Below, one piece after another: positions 38,811-52,925 of a stretch of 64,000 nucleotides of DNA (within the stretch, counting starts at the first letter, position 1; each line of letters starts with the position of its first letter). Location of the stretch: the NCBI RefSeq assembly GCF_002113885.1, contig NW_018408864.1:2037412-2101411 (forward strand), written 5' to 3'. Below the pieces are notes generated by a model, which saw nothing but the letters and a program-made list of their open reading frames with translations, was not told where the DNA came from and did not search any database. A program made the position numbers and the translations under genes. The stretch comes from Mizuhopecten yessoensis. Taxonomy: Eukaryota.

Positions 38811-41609
38811 GACGTCGTGTGATATACTGTACAGTAAATCGTATTTTGAAGAGATATTTGTACCCTTGCAGTACCTCTGGATTTCCTTTAGCACTTAGTA
38901 TTGCACCTGTGTTACACTGTAGTTCTACCAACGCGTGAAGCATTGATACTTAAAAGCCTGGTCGAAACCAGTGATTGCAATTAAGTTATCTTTTTCCCGT
39001 CTATTTTTTCTCTCTCTGATGCACACTTGTGTGTTCAAAACTCCAAAAACGGACATATTTTGCACTGTGATGTCTACATATGTACATGAACATGTAACCA
39101 TTATATCCTTTTTGTATAATTGTGTCATTAAGTGTAAAGTGTATGATAGCCAGAACCCTTTGTAATCCGGAAATCCATATTAATCCAAACAAATCTCATA
39201 TAAGGTCATATTGTCTACAGTTGACTGTTTTATGTAAAGTCAATGTTCAGGACCCTCGTTATCAAAAAGCCTATTCTAGCCAGAGCCATTGTTTGAACGA
39301 GTTTTAATGAAATCGCTCCATATCTATCTATTAATTTTGTTACATTATGTATTCATTATTATTGAGGGGGAACTAACAATGCCCAGCATGACGTTCAAGG
39401 TACTGGTATAAACCAGCGACATAGATAAACCAGCGACATAGATAAACCTGTGATTGGACCCACTTGACTATCGGCTGCTGTGACGGAATGTTTACCTGAT
39501 CAATGTTGACTTTGTTGAGTAGCGTCCTCGAGTGTCACGAATCACTATTCAGTAATAACAAAGTTGTTTAAACACCAGTAAATGTATTACGTGAACTATT
39601 GATGTATACCTTATACATTATAAACATGTAGACCAACACATGATTATCACAAACACACGCCTTGTGGCCATTCAAAACTGACAGGGTTTAAGTTTTAACA
39701 CTTTAAAATCTCGTTTATATATTTAACACATATATAGATACGAGATACGGAACCCCCTTATCGGCAGAGGACGTCATTACTTCGCCAAAGACTGACCGGA
39801 ATTTGGCGGTTTTCCGAACTATTTTAACAAGCGGACTGATTCAAACCGCCTGCAATTGCTTTCAAATACATACATTTCCGAAATCAGCATCCATATTATC
39901 AAAACGACATAAAATATACTAAACCCAGTGCACATACACTATCCTATACAAGACTACACTATGTACCAAATGTTCCCATTTTAAAAGCGGTATGTGTTAC
40001 ATTATATTTACCATCATATACATGTGGTACTGGCACTTTATAACCCTACCACATCAAGACGGCGTTCATTGAGGCGTGAATGTCAGGAGCTGATTGAGAT
40101 GATCCTTATATTATGACGTCATATTTGGTACGTTGGATAGCATTGACTCTTTATGGATAAATGGCTATTCTATTCATGGAACAAGCATACACAATATTAG
40201 TATAGCGAGCTTCATTTGAATTTGCTTAAATGACAGAAAAAGTTTTGGAATACAATTTGTGCCTGACTTCGATTGCAATGTTATAACATATCAAATACTG
40301 CTACACGTTACCAAGTATACGGAACTAAACAAATTTTTACAAAGAAAACGCCAAAATGTATTATCCAATGATATTTCTGTGTGATCTAACACATATAAGT
40401 GCCAATACTATATGGCAGGTATCATATGTTGATATTAAACTTGTTTTGTCAATATTAGACGCCGGATGTTAAATATTGTGTACAAATTAAAATAATTGTA
40501 TTATATTCATTTTAATGCTTATGCTACCTTTACTTTGAAAATTAAAACTGTAAGTCATGTAATTGTCGACAGACAAAAAAGACATTGATGAGATAACAAA
40601 ATGTAAACAGTATTAAAAATCAAATTTTAACGTTTATATTAAGTGAAATAAAGACCAGCCTTGTCGCGAACAGAGCGCTGGAATATTGTAAGGAGAGTGT
40701 AGCGGGTCTATATCGGGGCGTGTAGATTTACTGGAGAATTAATTACCCCGGGATTAAAGTGAGGTGCTTCGTGGTATTGATTAGGTGTGTTGTGTGGCCG
40801 AGACGTGGTAATATGTTAGTAAAATATGACCCAGTCTAGATATACCTACCCCTAATTACACGGGTAGTCGGCATTTAAACCGCTATATATACTCAGGCGA
40901 TCATGTGTAGTATACAGGTATATAATCTCTTGTTGGCATTTGTTCGATACAGCGTCCTCGTACGGACAGACTGGAGAAGTAGTCAGTTAGGCCTTGTGTA
41001 TAAAACATATACAGTATAAACAACAATAATGGAGACAATTGGAGTAAAACGCCGAACATAGGATTTTAATTTTACGGATTCTGACGGTATTTGGTAGTTA
41101 GTGACGCACATCAGGGGACACTTTACATTACAGACAGGATCAAGGAGTAAGATGGCGGAACGGACCATTCCTAATTAGTAATCCTGTCACAGGTGTGAAA
41201 TACAGGTATGTATATCAAAAGAAGGCGACAACTTTCCTTGAATCTCCACTGTATCGTTCATGTAAAATACCAATCTAGTTTAAAATGCGTTAAATATCAA
41301 AGATAATGTCTTCACTATAAACAGGTAAGAGCGTAACACCACTTACAATGTATATACTACGGTAATCACACAGACTATACATACCGTTTACAGAAACCTT
41401 CCGATATTATAACAATTCCAGAAACTTAAAATGTTTTGTACCTGTACATTGACCTGTACTTAAGGAGTTAAATACAATCAATAGATTGTTTAACTAATAT
41501 ACTGCATAATCAATAGATTACATACAGAATACATCAGGATCATTTTTCCGTCCGAAAAACTAATCCCGCAAGGAATCTCTCCGAACAAATAGTTCTTCCA
41601 ACTCAAGGT

Positions 41610-44600
41610 CTATCCGGACAACTAGTCCCTCCGACACTAATTATATCAGGACAACAAGTCCCTCCGACAACAACTCCATCCGGACAACAAGTCCCTCTGA
41701 CACTGATTCTATCCGGACAACTAGTCCCTCCGACACTAATTTTATCCGGACAAGTCCCTCTGACACTAATTCTTTCCGGACAACTCGTCCCTTCGTTACT
41801 AATTATATCCGGACAACTAGTCCCCCCGACACAAATTCTATTCGGACAACTAGTCATTCCGACACCAATTCTATACCGACAACTAGTCTCTCCGACACTT
41901 ATTCTTTTCGGACAACTAGTCTCTCCGACCCTAATTCTATCCGGCAAACTAGTCCCTCCGACAATAACTCTATCTGGACAACTAGTCCCTCCGACAATAA
42001 TTCTATATGGACAAATAAACCCTCCGACACTTAGTCTATCTTGTCAAATATTCACTCCGACACTAATTCTATCCGGACAGCTTGTCCCTCCGACAATAAT
42101 TCTATCCGGACAACTAGTCCCTCCGACAATAAATCTATCCGTACACCTAGTCCCTCCGACACAAATTCTATCCGGACAACTAGTCCCTCTGACACTTATT
42201 CTATACGGACCCTAGTCTCTCCGACCCTAATTCTATCCGGACAACTATAGTCCCTCCGACAATAATTCTTTCCGGACAACTGCTCCCTTCGACACTAATT
42301 CTATACGGACAACTAGTCCCTCCGACACTTATTATATCAGGACAACTAGTCCCTCCAACACTAATTCTATATTGACAAATATACCCTCCGACACTTAGTC
42401 TATCTTGTCAAATATTTACTCCGACACTAATTCTATCCGGACAGCTTGTCCCTCCGACAATAAATCTATCCGTACACCTAGTCCCTCCGACACTAATTCT
42501 ATCCGGACAACTAGTCTCTCCGACACTTATTCTATACGGAAAACTAGTCTCTCCGACACTAATTCTATTCGGACAACTAGTCCCTCCGACACCAATACTA
42601 GACCGACAACAAGTCTCTCCGACACTTATTCTATCCGGACAACTAGTCCCTTCGACACTGATTCTATCCGGATAACTAGTCCTTCAGACACTTATTATAT
42701 CCGGACAATTAGTCCCTCCGACACTTATTATATCAGGACAACTAGTACCTCCGACACTAATTCTATATGGACAAATAGTCCCTCCGACACCAATTATATC
42801 CGGACAGCTAGTCCCTCCGACACTAATTCTTTCCGGCCATTACCTCCGACACTAATTCTATATGGACAAATAGTCCCTCCGACACCAATTATATCCGGAC
42901 AGCTAGTCCCTCCGACACTAATTCTTTCCGGACAACTAGTCCCTCCGACACTAATTCTATATGGACAAATAGTCCCTCCGACACCAATTATATCCGGACA
43001 GCTAGTCCCTCCGACACTAATTCTTTCCGGACAACTAGTCCCTCCGACACTAATTATATTCCTTCCGACACCAATTATATCCGGACAACTAGTCCCTCCG
43101 ACACTAATTCTATTCGGACAACTAGTCCCTCCGACACCAATACTAGACCGACGACAAGTCTCTCCGACACTTATTCTATCCGGACAACTAGTCCCTTCGA
43201 CACTGATTCTATCCGGATAACTAGTCCTTCAGACACTAATTATATCCGGACAATTAATCCCTCCGACACTTATTATATCAGGACAACTAGTACCTCCGAC
43301 ACTAATTCTATATGGACAAATAGTCCCTCCGACACCAATTATATCCGGACAACTAGTCCTTCCGACACCAATTATATCCGGACAACTAGTCCCTCCGACA
43401 CCAATTATATCCGGACAGCTAGTCCCTCCGACACTAATTCTTTCCGGACAACTAGTCCCTCCGACACTAATTCTATCCGGACAACTAGTCCTTCCGACAC
43501 CAATTCTATACCGACAACTAGTCTCTCCGACACTAATTCTATACCGACAACTAGTCTCTCCGACACTAATTCTATCCGGACAACTAGTCTCTCCGACACT
43601 TATTCTATCCGGACAACTAGTCCCTCCGACACTTATTCTATACGGACAACTACTCCCTCAGCCACTTATTCTATCCGGACAACTAGTCCCTCCGACACTA
43701 ATTCTATCCGGATAACTAGTCCCTCTGACACTTATTATATCAGAACAACTAGTCCCTCCGACGCTAAGTCTATCTTGTCAAATATTCCCTCCGACACTAA
43801 TTCTATCCGGACAACTAGTCTCTCCGACACTAATTCTATCCGGACAACTAGTCCCTCCGACACTAATTCTATCCGGACAGCTAGTCCCTCCGACACTTAT
43901 TCTATACGGACAACTAGTCCCTCCGACACTAATTCTATCCGGACAACTAGTCCCTCCGACACTAATTCTCTCCGGACAACTAATCCTTCCGACACCAATT
44001 CTATACCGACAACTAGTCTCTCCGACACTAATTATATACGGACAACTAGTCTCTCCGACACTAATTCTATCCGGACAACTAGTCTCTCCGACACTAATTA
44101 TATCCGGACAACTAGTCCCTCCGACACTTATTCTATACGGACAACTAGTCCCTCAGACACTTATTCTATACGGACACCTAGTCCTTTCGACACTTATTCT
44201 ATACGGACAACTAGTCCCTCCGACATTAATTCTATCCGGACAACTAGTCCATCCGACACCATTTTTATACCGACAACTAGTCTCTCCGACACTAATTCTA
44301 TCCGCACAACTAGTCTCTCCGACACTAATTATATCCGGACAACTAGTCCCTCCGACACTAATTCTTTCCGGACAACTAGTCCCTTCGACACTAATTCTAT
44401 ACGGACAACTAGTCCCTTAGCTACTTATTCTATCCGGACAAGTAGTCCCTCCGACACTAATTCTTTCCGGCCATCTAGTCCTTTCGACACTAATTCTATG
44501 CGGACAACTAGTCTCTCCGACACTTATTCTATCCGGACAATTAGTCCCTCCGACACTAATTCTATATGGACAAATATTCCCTCCGACACCAATTCTATCC

Positions 44601-45157
44601 GGACAACTAGTCCCTCCAACAATAATTCTGTCCGGACAACTAGTCCCTCCGACACGTATTCTATCCGGACAACTAGTCCCTCCGACACTTATTCTATACG
44701 GAAAACTAGTCCCTCCGACACTAATTATATCCGGACAACTAGTCCCTCCGACACTAATTTTATCCGGACAACTAGTCCCTCCGACACTAATTCTATCCGG
44801 ACAACTAGTCCCTCCGACACTAATTCTATACGGACAACTAGTCTCTCGGACACTAATTCTATCCGGACAACTAGTCCCTCCAACAATATTTCTAACCGGA
44901 CAACTAGTCTTTCCGACACGTATTCTATCCGGACAACTAGTCCCTCCGACACTTATTCTATACGGACAACTAGTCCCTCCGACACTAATTATATCCGGGC
45001 AACTAGTCCCTCCGACACTAATTCTATCCGGACAACTAGTCCCTCCGACCCAAAGTCTATACGGATAACTAGTCTCTCCGACACTAATTCTATCCGGACA
45101 TCTAGTCCCTCCGACACTTATTCTACCCGGACAACTAGTCCCTCCGACACTAACTTT
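41610..45157. repeat. 33-bp minisatellite (~105 units)
   Basis: Unit tccgacactaattctatccggacaactagtccc; source of the S/T-rich ORFs in the track. Confidence 0.95.
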
Positions 45158-45994
45158 ATGCATGCAGTTAAACATATGTTCTTGTGACGTTTAACATTTA
45201 TGGATCAGACTCCATTATTTAAGCTAATCGTGTTTTCCTTTGACACAGGTACAACATAATGAATCACGTGAATCAATAAATGGACCTTTTCCGAATTCCG
45301 TGATATTTTATGAAGGTTCGCACTATTTTATTAAACTGCGTTTGTATTTAAGGGTTATTGATCCCGTTATTATCTATGGAGTTACAACCTGTGTACAAAA
45401 TATAGTCCTTTGTGTACATTGAGAATTACGAGGTGCATTTGTGTATAGCGGGTAAGCATAAAACACTTTATTATAGAAATAGACTAAACACAACTACAGT
45501 CTACACCTGTATAACAGTAAAAGGTGCTGTCTATTACACAACACAGTCACATTTCAAAAAGAACCACAAACTGCTAATTCTTTGACACACTTGTTTCGTC
45601 TGAGAAAGAGTGGACTACGTTCATATTTCTTTATTCGGAGCATTTTTCTGTCGGATAACCACTTTAAAAAAATCCACTGTAACTAAAAGAATGCTTTAAG
45701 GTAGGTACTCGGGCGTCAAAGGTACGCAAATATCTGTCTTCTTGTAATTTTAAACAGAACCTTTATTTCTGCTCTTCAAGCATTGCAATCGTGTCCAGCT
45801 AGCTAGTCCATGTATTCTGATTTCCTACAAACGCCATAGAAACCCCCTAGTCTGCAGAGGGTTCCTCGCTAGTCGCCGGACATGATACTGGTACAAGCAG
45901 TGGGATACTATGGAACGCCATAGCTGTCAAATAATATAATAATGGAAGCTTACAATACAATGGAAACCAAATCATATAATGATAAATAAAATCA

Positions 45995-46350
45995 TTTATT
46001 ACATACTTACTAATAAATACGGGCTTTTTGTATATGCGATACGACACAATTGCTCTACCCCATATATCAGCCCTCGCCGTATCACACCCCGAAACCCGTA
46101 TCAGCCCCCGCCGTAGCACACCCCAAAAACCCGTATCAGACCTCTCCGTATCAATCAGCAAAACCCGTCTCACACCCCTTTTGTAAATTTTTCGTTTTTC
46201 AATATTTCAAAAGAAAAAGAAAAATTGATCATAAGATAGTAGCTTTTATTAGTAAGTATGTAATAAACAGGCCTTTTTTCCATATCACACCCAGTATCAA
46301 CCCTCGACCAATATCGGGTTGATACTGGGTGTGATATGGAAAAAGGCATG
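45995..46350. mobile_element. Palindromic non-autonomous DNA element (family uncertain)
   Basis: Perfect 23-bp inverted repeat at 45995-46017/46245-46267, plus a hairpin with 29-bp perfect arms and a 12-nt loop at ~46275-46344. Confidence 0.6.
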
Positions 46351-46359
46351 TATTATTCT

Positions 46360-46640
46360 CTATATATTGATGATATCAAATAATGTATTGATGAAATCAT
46401 ATAATGATAAAATCAAATCATATATTGGTGAAACCAAATCATATAATGATGATATCAAATAATATAATGATAAAATCGAATAATGTAATGATGACATCAT
46501 ATATGATAATGATAAAATCAAATCACATAATGATGAAATCAAATAATATCATGATGACATCAATTAATATAATGATAAAATCGAATAATATAATGATAAA
46601 ATCAAATCATATATTGATGCAATCATACAACATAATGAAA
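46360..46640. repeat. AT-rich 21-bp minisatellite
   Basis: Degenerate units of ataatgataaaatcaaatcat; one unit also lies at ~45965, left of the palindromic element. Confidence 0.85.
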
Positions 46641-47056
46641 ATATCAATTCTTATAGTATTGTTATGCCATATGTGACAGCTATTGCGTTCCATAGGATAC
46701 AGTAGCCATGTTCTTTCTTCGAACCTGGAAGTTGGCGTGTGTGGGGATGTATTAGTCTCGTCTAACAAAAACATGCAATGGGGTGCAATGTGCTTATCCC
46801 CCCCNNNNNNNNNNNNNNNNNNNNNNNNNNNNNNNNNNNNNNNNNNNNNNNNNNNNNNNNNNNNNNNNNNNNNNNNNNNNNNNNNNNNNNCCCCCCTCCG
46901 TTCCTTGCCTCTAGATCTTACTAGATAGCATAAAGTGGGGGACAGCAGGTGTGTTGCATTGAAGTACGTGTAAAATAATGTACAGTACATTTCTCACAAG
47001 GTACATGTAAGGTCAAATTAATTAATGTGAACTGCGCTTATGCATGAGTATTTAAT

Positions 47057-47586
47057 GAAGGAATGACATTTATGTTTTCAACATTCATCAGGTCATAACA
47101 ACATTGGCTTTCTGGACGCATTCCAGGAATCGCGGTCATCGATTCATGGTAAATGACCTCATGAATGTTGAAAAAAAATCATTCCTTATTCCGATCGAAC
47201 ATAAATTTTAAAAAAAACCAGTTTGTTTCCCCTATTTATACATGGGGGCAATGCAGTAGAGGGTACAGAGTGTTTTCGCAGGAAAATGTAAAACATTCAC
47301 TGGGGTCCTGGAAACAGCACGACTAAAAAACAAACAAAATACAGTTCCATTTTCCAAATTTAATTTGTAGAATGTATCCAAGTCGTATACTTTTATCGAA
47401 TACTTTACATACCTTATTTTAGCTTTAAAATCAAGCCTATCATGTTTAATGTTAATTCATATTGGCATAACAAATCTACATCCAGGGCTGTATCACTGCG
47501 GACGTGAACCAAGTAAGCCCTGTGCTACGTCATTGAAGTGTATCAATACGCAGTGATGAGGTCACCTGTGATATGCAAAAATGAAT
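47057..47586 (+). repeat. Dispersed repeat with an internal inverted repeat, related to the insert at ~6305-6525 and ~17385-17600
   Basis: Shared aaggaatgacattt...ggtcataacaacatt and tacgtcattg...acgcagtgatgaggtca...tatgcaaaaatgaa blocks; aaggaatga...tcattcctt inversion at 47059-47187. Confidence 0.7.
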
Positions 47587-47875
47587 GACATTAATGTAAA
47601 TCTTGCCTCATACTATGGACTGTTTTTGTTACTCCATGCAAGGAGAGTTCCACACAGCTAAACACGTATACTGACTTCGCTGACAGGTGACACAGAGAAA
47701 TACGCATACTATCTCTGGTAAGCTTGCGGTGATTTACACTCAGTTACTTTTTCATATACAAAGTTTTTGAACCTACTGTTTTCCAAAACATTGATTTCGC
47801 TATTTTGTATATATCCCAGTGGTTTACTGTATTACATGGCGGCTATTTATTAGACATGTGTACCACGATTAGAGA

Positions 47876-48016
47876 GAGAGACACGTGTGGTCGGGTGGTG
47901 CACTGGATAACATGACTGGGGTTCGATTTCCCGATCGGACGTGGAAAGCTATGGGGCACCTGCCCGATCGCGCAGGGCTTGTTTCCTCCAACATTGAGCC
48001 CCATACCAACCAGGCA
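47876..48016 (+). mobile_element. tRNA-derived SINE (internally deleted)
   Basis: A-box-like tggtgcactgg and B-box-like ggttcgatttcc; homologous copy in opposite orientation at 49592-49738. Confidence 0.65.
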
Positions 48017-49591
48017 AGCAAGAATGATTAACATAAGTGATATGGCATGTTTCATAACATACACTGTGAATTCTTCTTCAATACTACTGTTGAGGTAACT
48101 ATGTGCTTTAGATACCTTAACCAATGTGTGATTTGTGCGAGTCTTACATTGTACATCTACAATTGATAAGTGATATAGTGTGCGTAATTTTACAAGTGTC
48201 AGTATGAATCTATAAAACACCTGACCAAGACTTGATAGTTCTATACACTATCTCAGGAGTTCTTTTCGTTTTTTATACTCGCAGCTCGTTATTTAACAGT
48301 TAAAGGGCCGCCCCATGTGGTCGGAAATTCGATATTAATGTGTTTTACTTTTGTATTGAATGGAATCGAAATACATGGTAAATTATAAAATCCTTTTAAT
48401 AACACACATAGTGCCTCGCGGTATATAACCGAGGTTTTAACCATCGTCAGGTGTAATAACTATTGAACAAAATTCCAGTGAAACAGGATAATGAAAGCTT
48501 GTATAGTGTTTGTGTTCCGTTATATAGATTTGTAATCGTGATATGTGTACAGGACACACAGAGATAGAAGTAAATATGTAGATTTTGAAAAGTTCATACA
48601 GGAAGTTTATTAGAAGCTAATAATTAAAAGTAATTCTGTGTGAGTCGTCTTTCTCCAGTACTGTATAATATAAAAACCTACATAAACATAAAGTCCAAAC
48701 ATATAAACGTTTACGCAGTATACACGTGGCATCTGTTTTAGTTATATTCTATAGAATGTTAAATAAACAGTAAAAAATGATTTAAAATGTAGATTCATAT
48801 TGAACTATGTGACACTTGTAAAACTACGCACACTCTTTCACTTATCAACTGTAGATGTAAGAGCTATCTAAAGTACATAGTTATCTTAACAGTAGTATTG
48901 AAGAAGATTCCACCCTGTATGTTCCAACAGAGTACCTGTTATCAGTATATGTTTCTTTGTGCAATGTACAACCTGCAACCTGGCAGTAACACACAGTGCA
49001 ACTACAGGAAGTGTTTTGTGTACAAACTGATCATAAATCACGTACGCTGAGATGTATTTCGTAGTTAACGTATATTGACATCATTTAATAAACATTAATT
49101 GACATTATTTAGTATACATAACGTTAACATTGACCTTAGTCAACGTTATATATTGACAAGTATTTCATGTACACATCATATAACAACGTTGAAATTGATT
49201 TTCATCTAAGCTGTTAGATCGATTTATTTTTATGGAAGCTTAATACACAACGTTAAACTTAAAATTATTCCTGTATATAAATTACAAGTTCTTATACATT
49301 CGATTGCTATGGATTAGACGGGCATCATAACTACATTAATCAGTTCTAAAGGTGTAATCTACATAAGTAAAAAGCACTATGAATAAGTAATACAACTCTT
49401 TGTCCGGCCATTGTGTGAGAGGTATAATTTATACCATAGAGGGTATATACGCGTTTATCTTGATCACGATATTCCGGGAAAATTCACGGACGTGTTGCCC
49501 CAGAAACCCCCTTATTAAATAAAATTAAAAAATATTTATGTTACAACAATTATGAAACATGTCATATTAATTTATATTAATCAGTCTCGCT

Positions 49592-49738
49592 GGCCTGGGT
49601 GGTATAGGGGCTCAATGTTGAGGAAACAAGAGTACCCAGACAAAACCAACGCGATCGGGCAGGTGACTCCATAACTTTCCACGTCCGATAAAAGGCGAAT
49701 GCGTAATCCACTGCGCCACCCGACCACACGTGTCTCTC
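49592..49738 (-). mobile_element. tRNA-derived SINE, same family as 47876-48016
   Basis: Reverse-complement match (ccacccgaccacacgtgtctctc; gcgatcgggcaggtg; ggggctcaatgttg); contains a ggttttgtctgggtactc core-like motif on the minus strand. Confidence 0.65.
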
Positions 49739-50356
49739 TTGAATCGTGTATATTATAAACAGTCGTCAATACTTCTCTAAACGATTGGGATATACATAAT
49801 GGTATTTGATATGAACGAAACTATTTGTGGGAAAACATTAGGCTCAAAAGCATTTGTATATATGAAAAACTTAATAAGGTTTGCGTCGGATCTACTCAGT
49901 GAGTTTGGCTTTATCGTGTTGTCATACTTCGCATTTGCCATCAATAGATTCTAATTTCAAATAAAAATTGTTTGCGTGTTGAATGACAAATAATTGGTGG
50001 AGGAGATATACAGATAAGTACATCAACAAATATTTACGTCAAACATCATTTTTGTACCAATTAGAGCGTCACCACAGGGTACTCGAGCCGGTAAGAAAAT
50101 GTGTCAATACCACAGGTGACGTTTACCAATCCTTAGGATATTTAATAATAAAGTCTTGTTATCATAAATAAGCAGCTTTCCACTTACATATCCACTGACA
50201 GAGGTCTAACGCATGGGATATGTTGGGCTTGCTCAAGTCTGGTGTTTTTCTATAAATTTATTTACATTACGACTCCTAGATTTGGACTAATCTTCGCCCC
50301 CACACCCACTCTCAACACACATGGGCATTTATTTACGGGGCGAAGATAAATCATTG

Positions 50357-50895
50357 AAAGATATGTCTAATTAAATCAAAGATACGTCTAATTAAATTAA
50401 AGATACGTCTAATTAAATTAAAGATACGTCTAATTAAATTAAAGATATGTCTAATTAAATTAAAGATACGTCTAATTAAATTAAAGATATGTCTAATTAA
50501 ATTAAAGATACGTCTAATTGAATTAAAGATATGTCTAATTAAATTAAAGATACGTCTAATTAAATTAAAGATATGTCTAATTAAATTAAAGATACGTCTA
50601 ATTAAATTAAAGATATGTCTAATTAAATTAAAGATACGTCTAATTGAATTAAAGATATGTCTAATTAAATTAAAGATACGTCTAATTAAATTAAAGATAT
50701 GTCTAATTAAATTAAAGATACGTCTAATTGAATTAAAGATATGTCTAATTAAATTAAAGATACGTCTAATTGAATTAAAGATATGTCTAATTGAATTAAA
50801 GATACGTCTAATTAAATTAAAGATATGTCTAATTAAATTAAAGATGCGTCTAATTAAATTAAAGATATGTCTAATTAAATTAAAGATATGTCTAT
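50357..50895. repeat. 21-bp minisatellite (~25 units)
   Basis: Unit aaagata(c/t)gtctaatt(a/g)aatt; tacg and tatg variants mostly alternate. Confidence 0.95.
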
Positions 50896-52322
50896 TACTT
50901 TGAAATGTATCTTCATTAAAATTGAAAAAAATCTCTATTAGATCTAAGCTATCTCTATTCCCTCAAACGATATATCTATTACATTACATATGTAACCCCT
51001 TTTCGGACATTAGATATTAAGCTGGCTTGCCATTTCCCACTCATGATATAGGATATCCATCAAGCGGTGTGCGAGTCTGATCTTTTTATGAAAGAGTTGA
51101 TTCCAAAGTGTAAAACTTTTATTTCAAATTTTTATTAAAATTGTTGCAGATGAGAATTGAATCCTAGGGGAAAAACATAATTCTTAATCTATAAACGAAA
51201 CGCAATCAAAGAGATTATGATGTCCCTCTTCTGATGTTATAACAATAAATACTGGCCAACGCCAAAACTTTGATCATGCTATTCGGGGTTGTCCGTCATA
51301 GTGTTTGACCAATCAGGGACAACCATATTATCGTAAAGTCACATACAAAAGTTTGCGTAAACCCATGAATGGTTTTGTCACGGTGTGGTATGGTATATTT
51401 TGAAACATGAAGTTCTCCTATATACATTAAACAGGTGTAATGTTTAAAATTATGGTTGTGTAACTGGTTAACAAAACAGTTTGAATCATAATGACTGAAT
51501 GACATCTTTTCACATCTCTATTACCTCCCTTTACCTGTTGAAGCTCAGGGAATATATCACTGTTCTCTCAGCCTCTTTGATGTATAAAATATCTTTCTGC
51601 CTACTATTTAATATATAATGTATAATATGGTTCCCTCTTCATAATTCTTTATCACTATGCATACATATTGGTAAATCTGGAAGGAATATATTTAACCTTT
51701 CTGTTTGACAAATCACAACCACATTGTTATCCTCTTTCACGAACATTACAAACATTATATTGGGTTCCTAGGAATTAAAGAACCTTAATCTAAAGGTATT
51801 AATTAATCTACGTCATCACCAGGCTAAAATTTCCATACGTGAGCAGCCAGTATGTGTCATTTGGTATTCAGGTAAGGTCAGTTTCCCTGAAAAGGGTATT
51901 TTAATTTCATCACCTTGGTGCGGATCTCAGACAAGCTCATTATCTATTCCGTCGTGTACACGGACTTTGTTGAAAAGCCTCCATTTGTGCGACTAACCTG
52001 TAAAAGATGGCAAGGTTAACGTAGGTATCGTAATCATCGATACTTCAACTTGTCTAAACTTCTTGAATAAGTAGACTAAGTTAGAATATAAACTTGTCTG
52101 CGTTCCGTGCGCGCTGTAGAATTGGGATGCATGTCTGAGCTTACAAAACACCTAAAGCGACAAAAAACAGCGGCTCATTTATGGAAACGTATGCGTGTAA
52201 TTCGTTGGTGTCATGAGGCTTTATATCATTACTGAACTATGTAAAAGTTAAAGACCTGATGACCTTGTGACATTGGCAAGAATTAAAATTCTTCCTTCTA
52301 TCATTTTCAGATAACCGGAAGT

Positions 52323-52925
52323 ATGACTAAGCGCGCGCCTGAATGGTACGAGGAGTACCGGAAGGTGAGTGACAAACAGCGAAACTACTTAGACCAGATT
52401 CAGGACCTTCGGAGGACTTTCAAGAGTAGCGCAAAGCCCCTGATGGTTTCTATAGAGCGACAAAGACACCTCAGGGGCCGTAAAGTGGAACCAAAAAACC
52501 CGTCATTGCGAAAAATGGAACAAAAAGTGATGTTATTTGGGCCCCAGAAGTTCCCGACCAGACAGAGTTTCCTACAGGACAAACCGCACAAGTTTTACAT
52601 GACTCCTACCATCCTTCCGCGTACACTGCCCCCGCTGGTTCGGGGGAAGAATGTTGACTTAGACGGAGATCAAATCCGTAAAGATTCCGACTTGGACACT
52701 ATTGATGCCGTGGCAGAGACAAATAAAGGTGTGGTTCGAGGGAAAATGTCCGACATTTCCGATCTTCAAAAATCTCCCTCGTCCCGGAAAGTGCTCTCTA
52801 TCAGCCGTGTTAATGTAAAGGAACTCATCTCCCCGATGGTACGGGATTCTCCGATTGAATATATTACAAACGTCAGCTCCCGGAAAGCGCTAATGTCGGG
52901 GCCAAACAAGGAAAAAGAAGATTAA
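52323..52925 (+). CDS. Uncharacterised 200-aa basic protein; CDS in a single terminal exon
   Basis: 603-nt non-repetitive ORF, more GC-rich than its flanks. A splice acceptor (ttcttccttctatcattttcag) ends at 52310, 12 nt before the ATG. Candidate upstream donor CAG|gtaagg at ~51872. AATAAA at 52955-52960. No domain recognised. Confidence 0.7.
   Translation: MTKRAPEWYEEYRKVSDKQRNYLDQIQDLRRTFKSSAKPLMVSIERQRHLRGRKVEPKNPSLRKMEQKVMLFGPQKFPTRQSFLQDKPHKFYMTPTILPRTLPPLVRGKNVDLDGDQIRKDSDLDTIDAVAETNKGVVRGKMSDISDLQKSPSSRKVLSISRVNVKELISPMVRDSPIEYITNVSSRKALMSGPNKEKED

Noticed and set aside
40687-41190. Possible second solo LTR (TGTAAGGA...TCCTGTCACA)
   Set aside because: No matching target-site duplication and no second copy to define its ends.
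41603-45187. Mucin-like and Cys-rich protein genes
   Set aside because: Translations of a 33-bp satellite; open frames on both strands, frame-shifting indels in the array, and no signal peptide or clear splice context.
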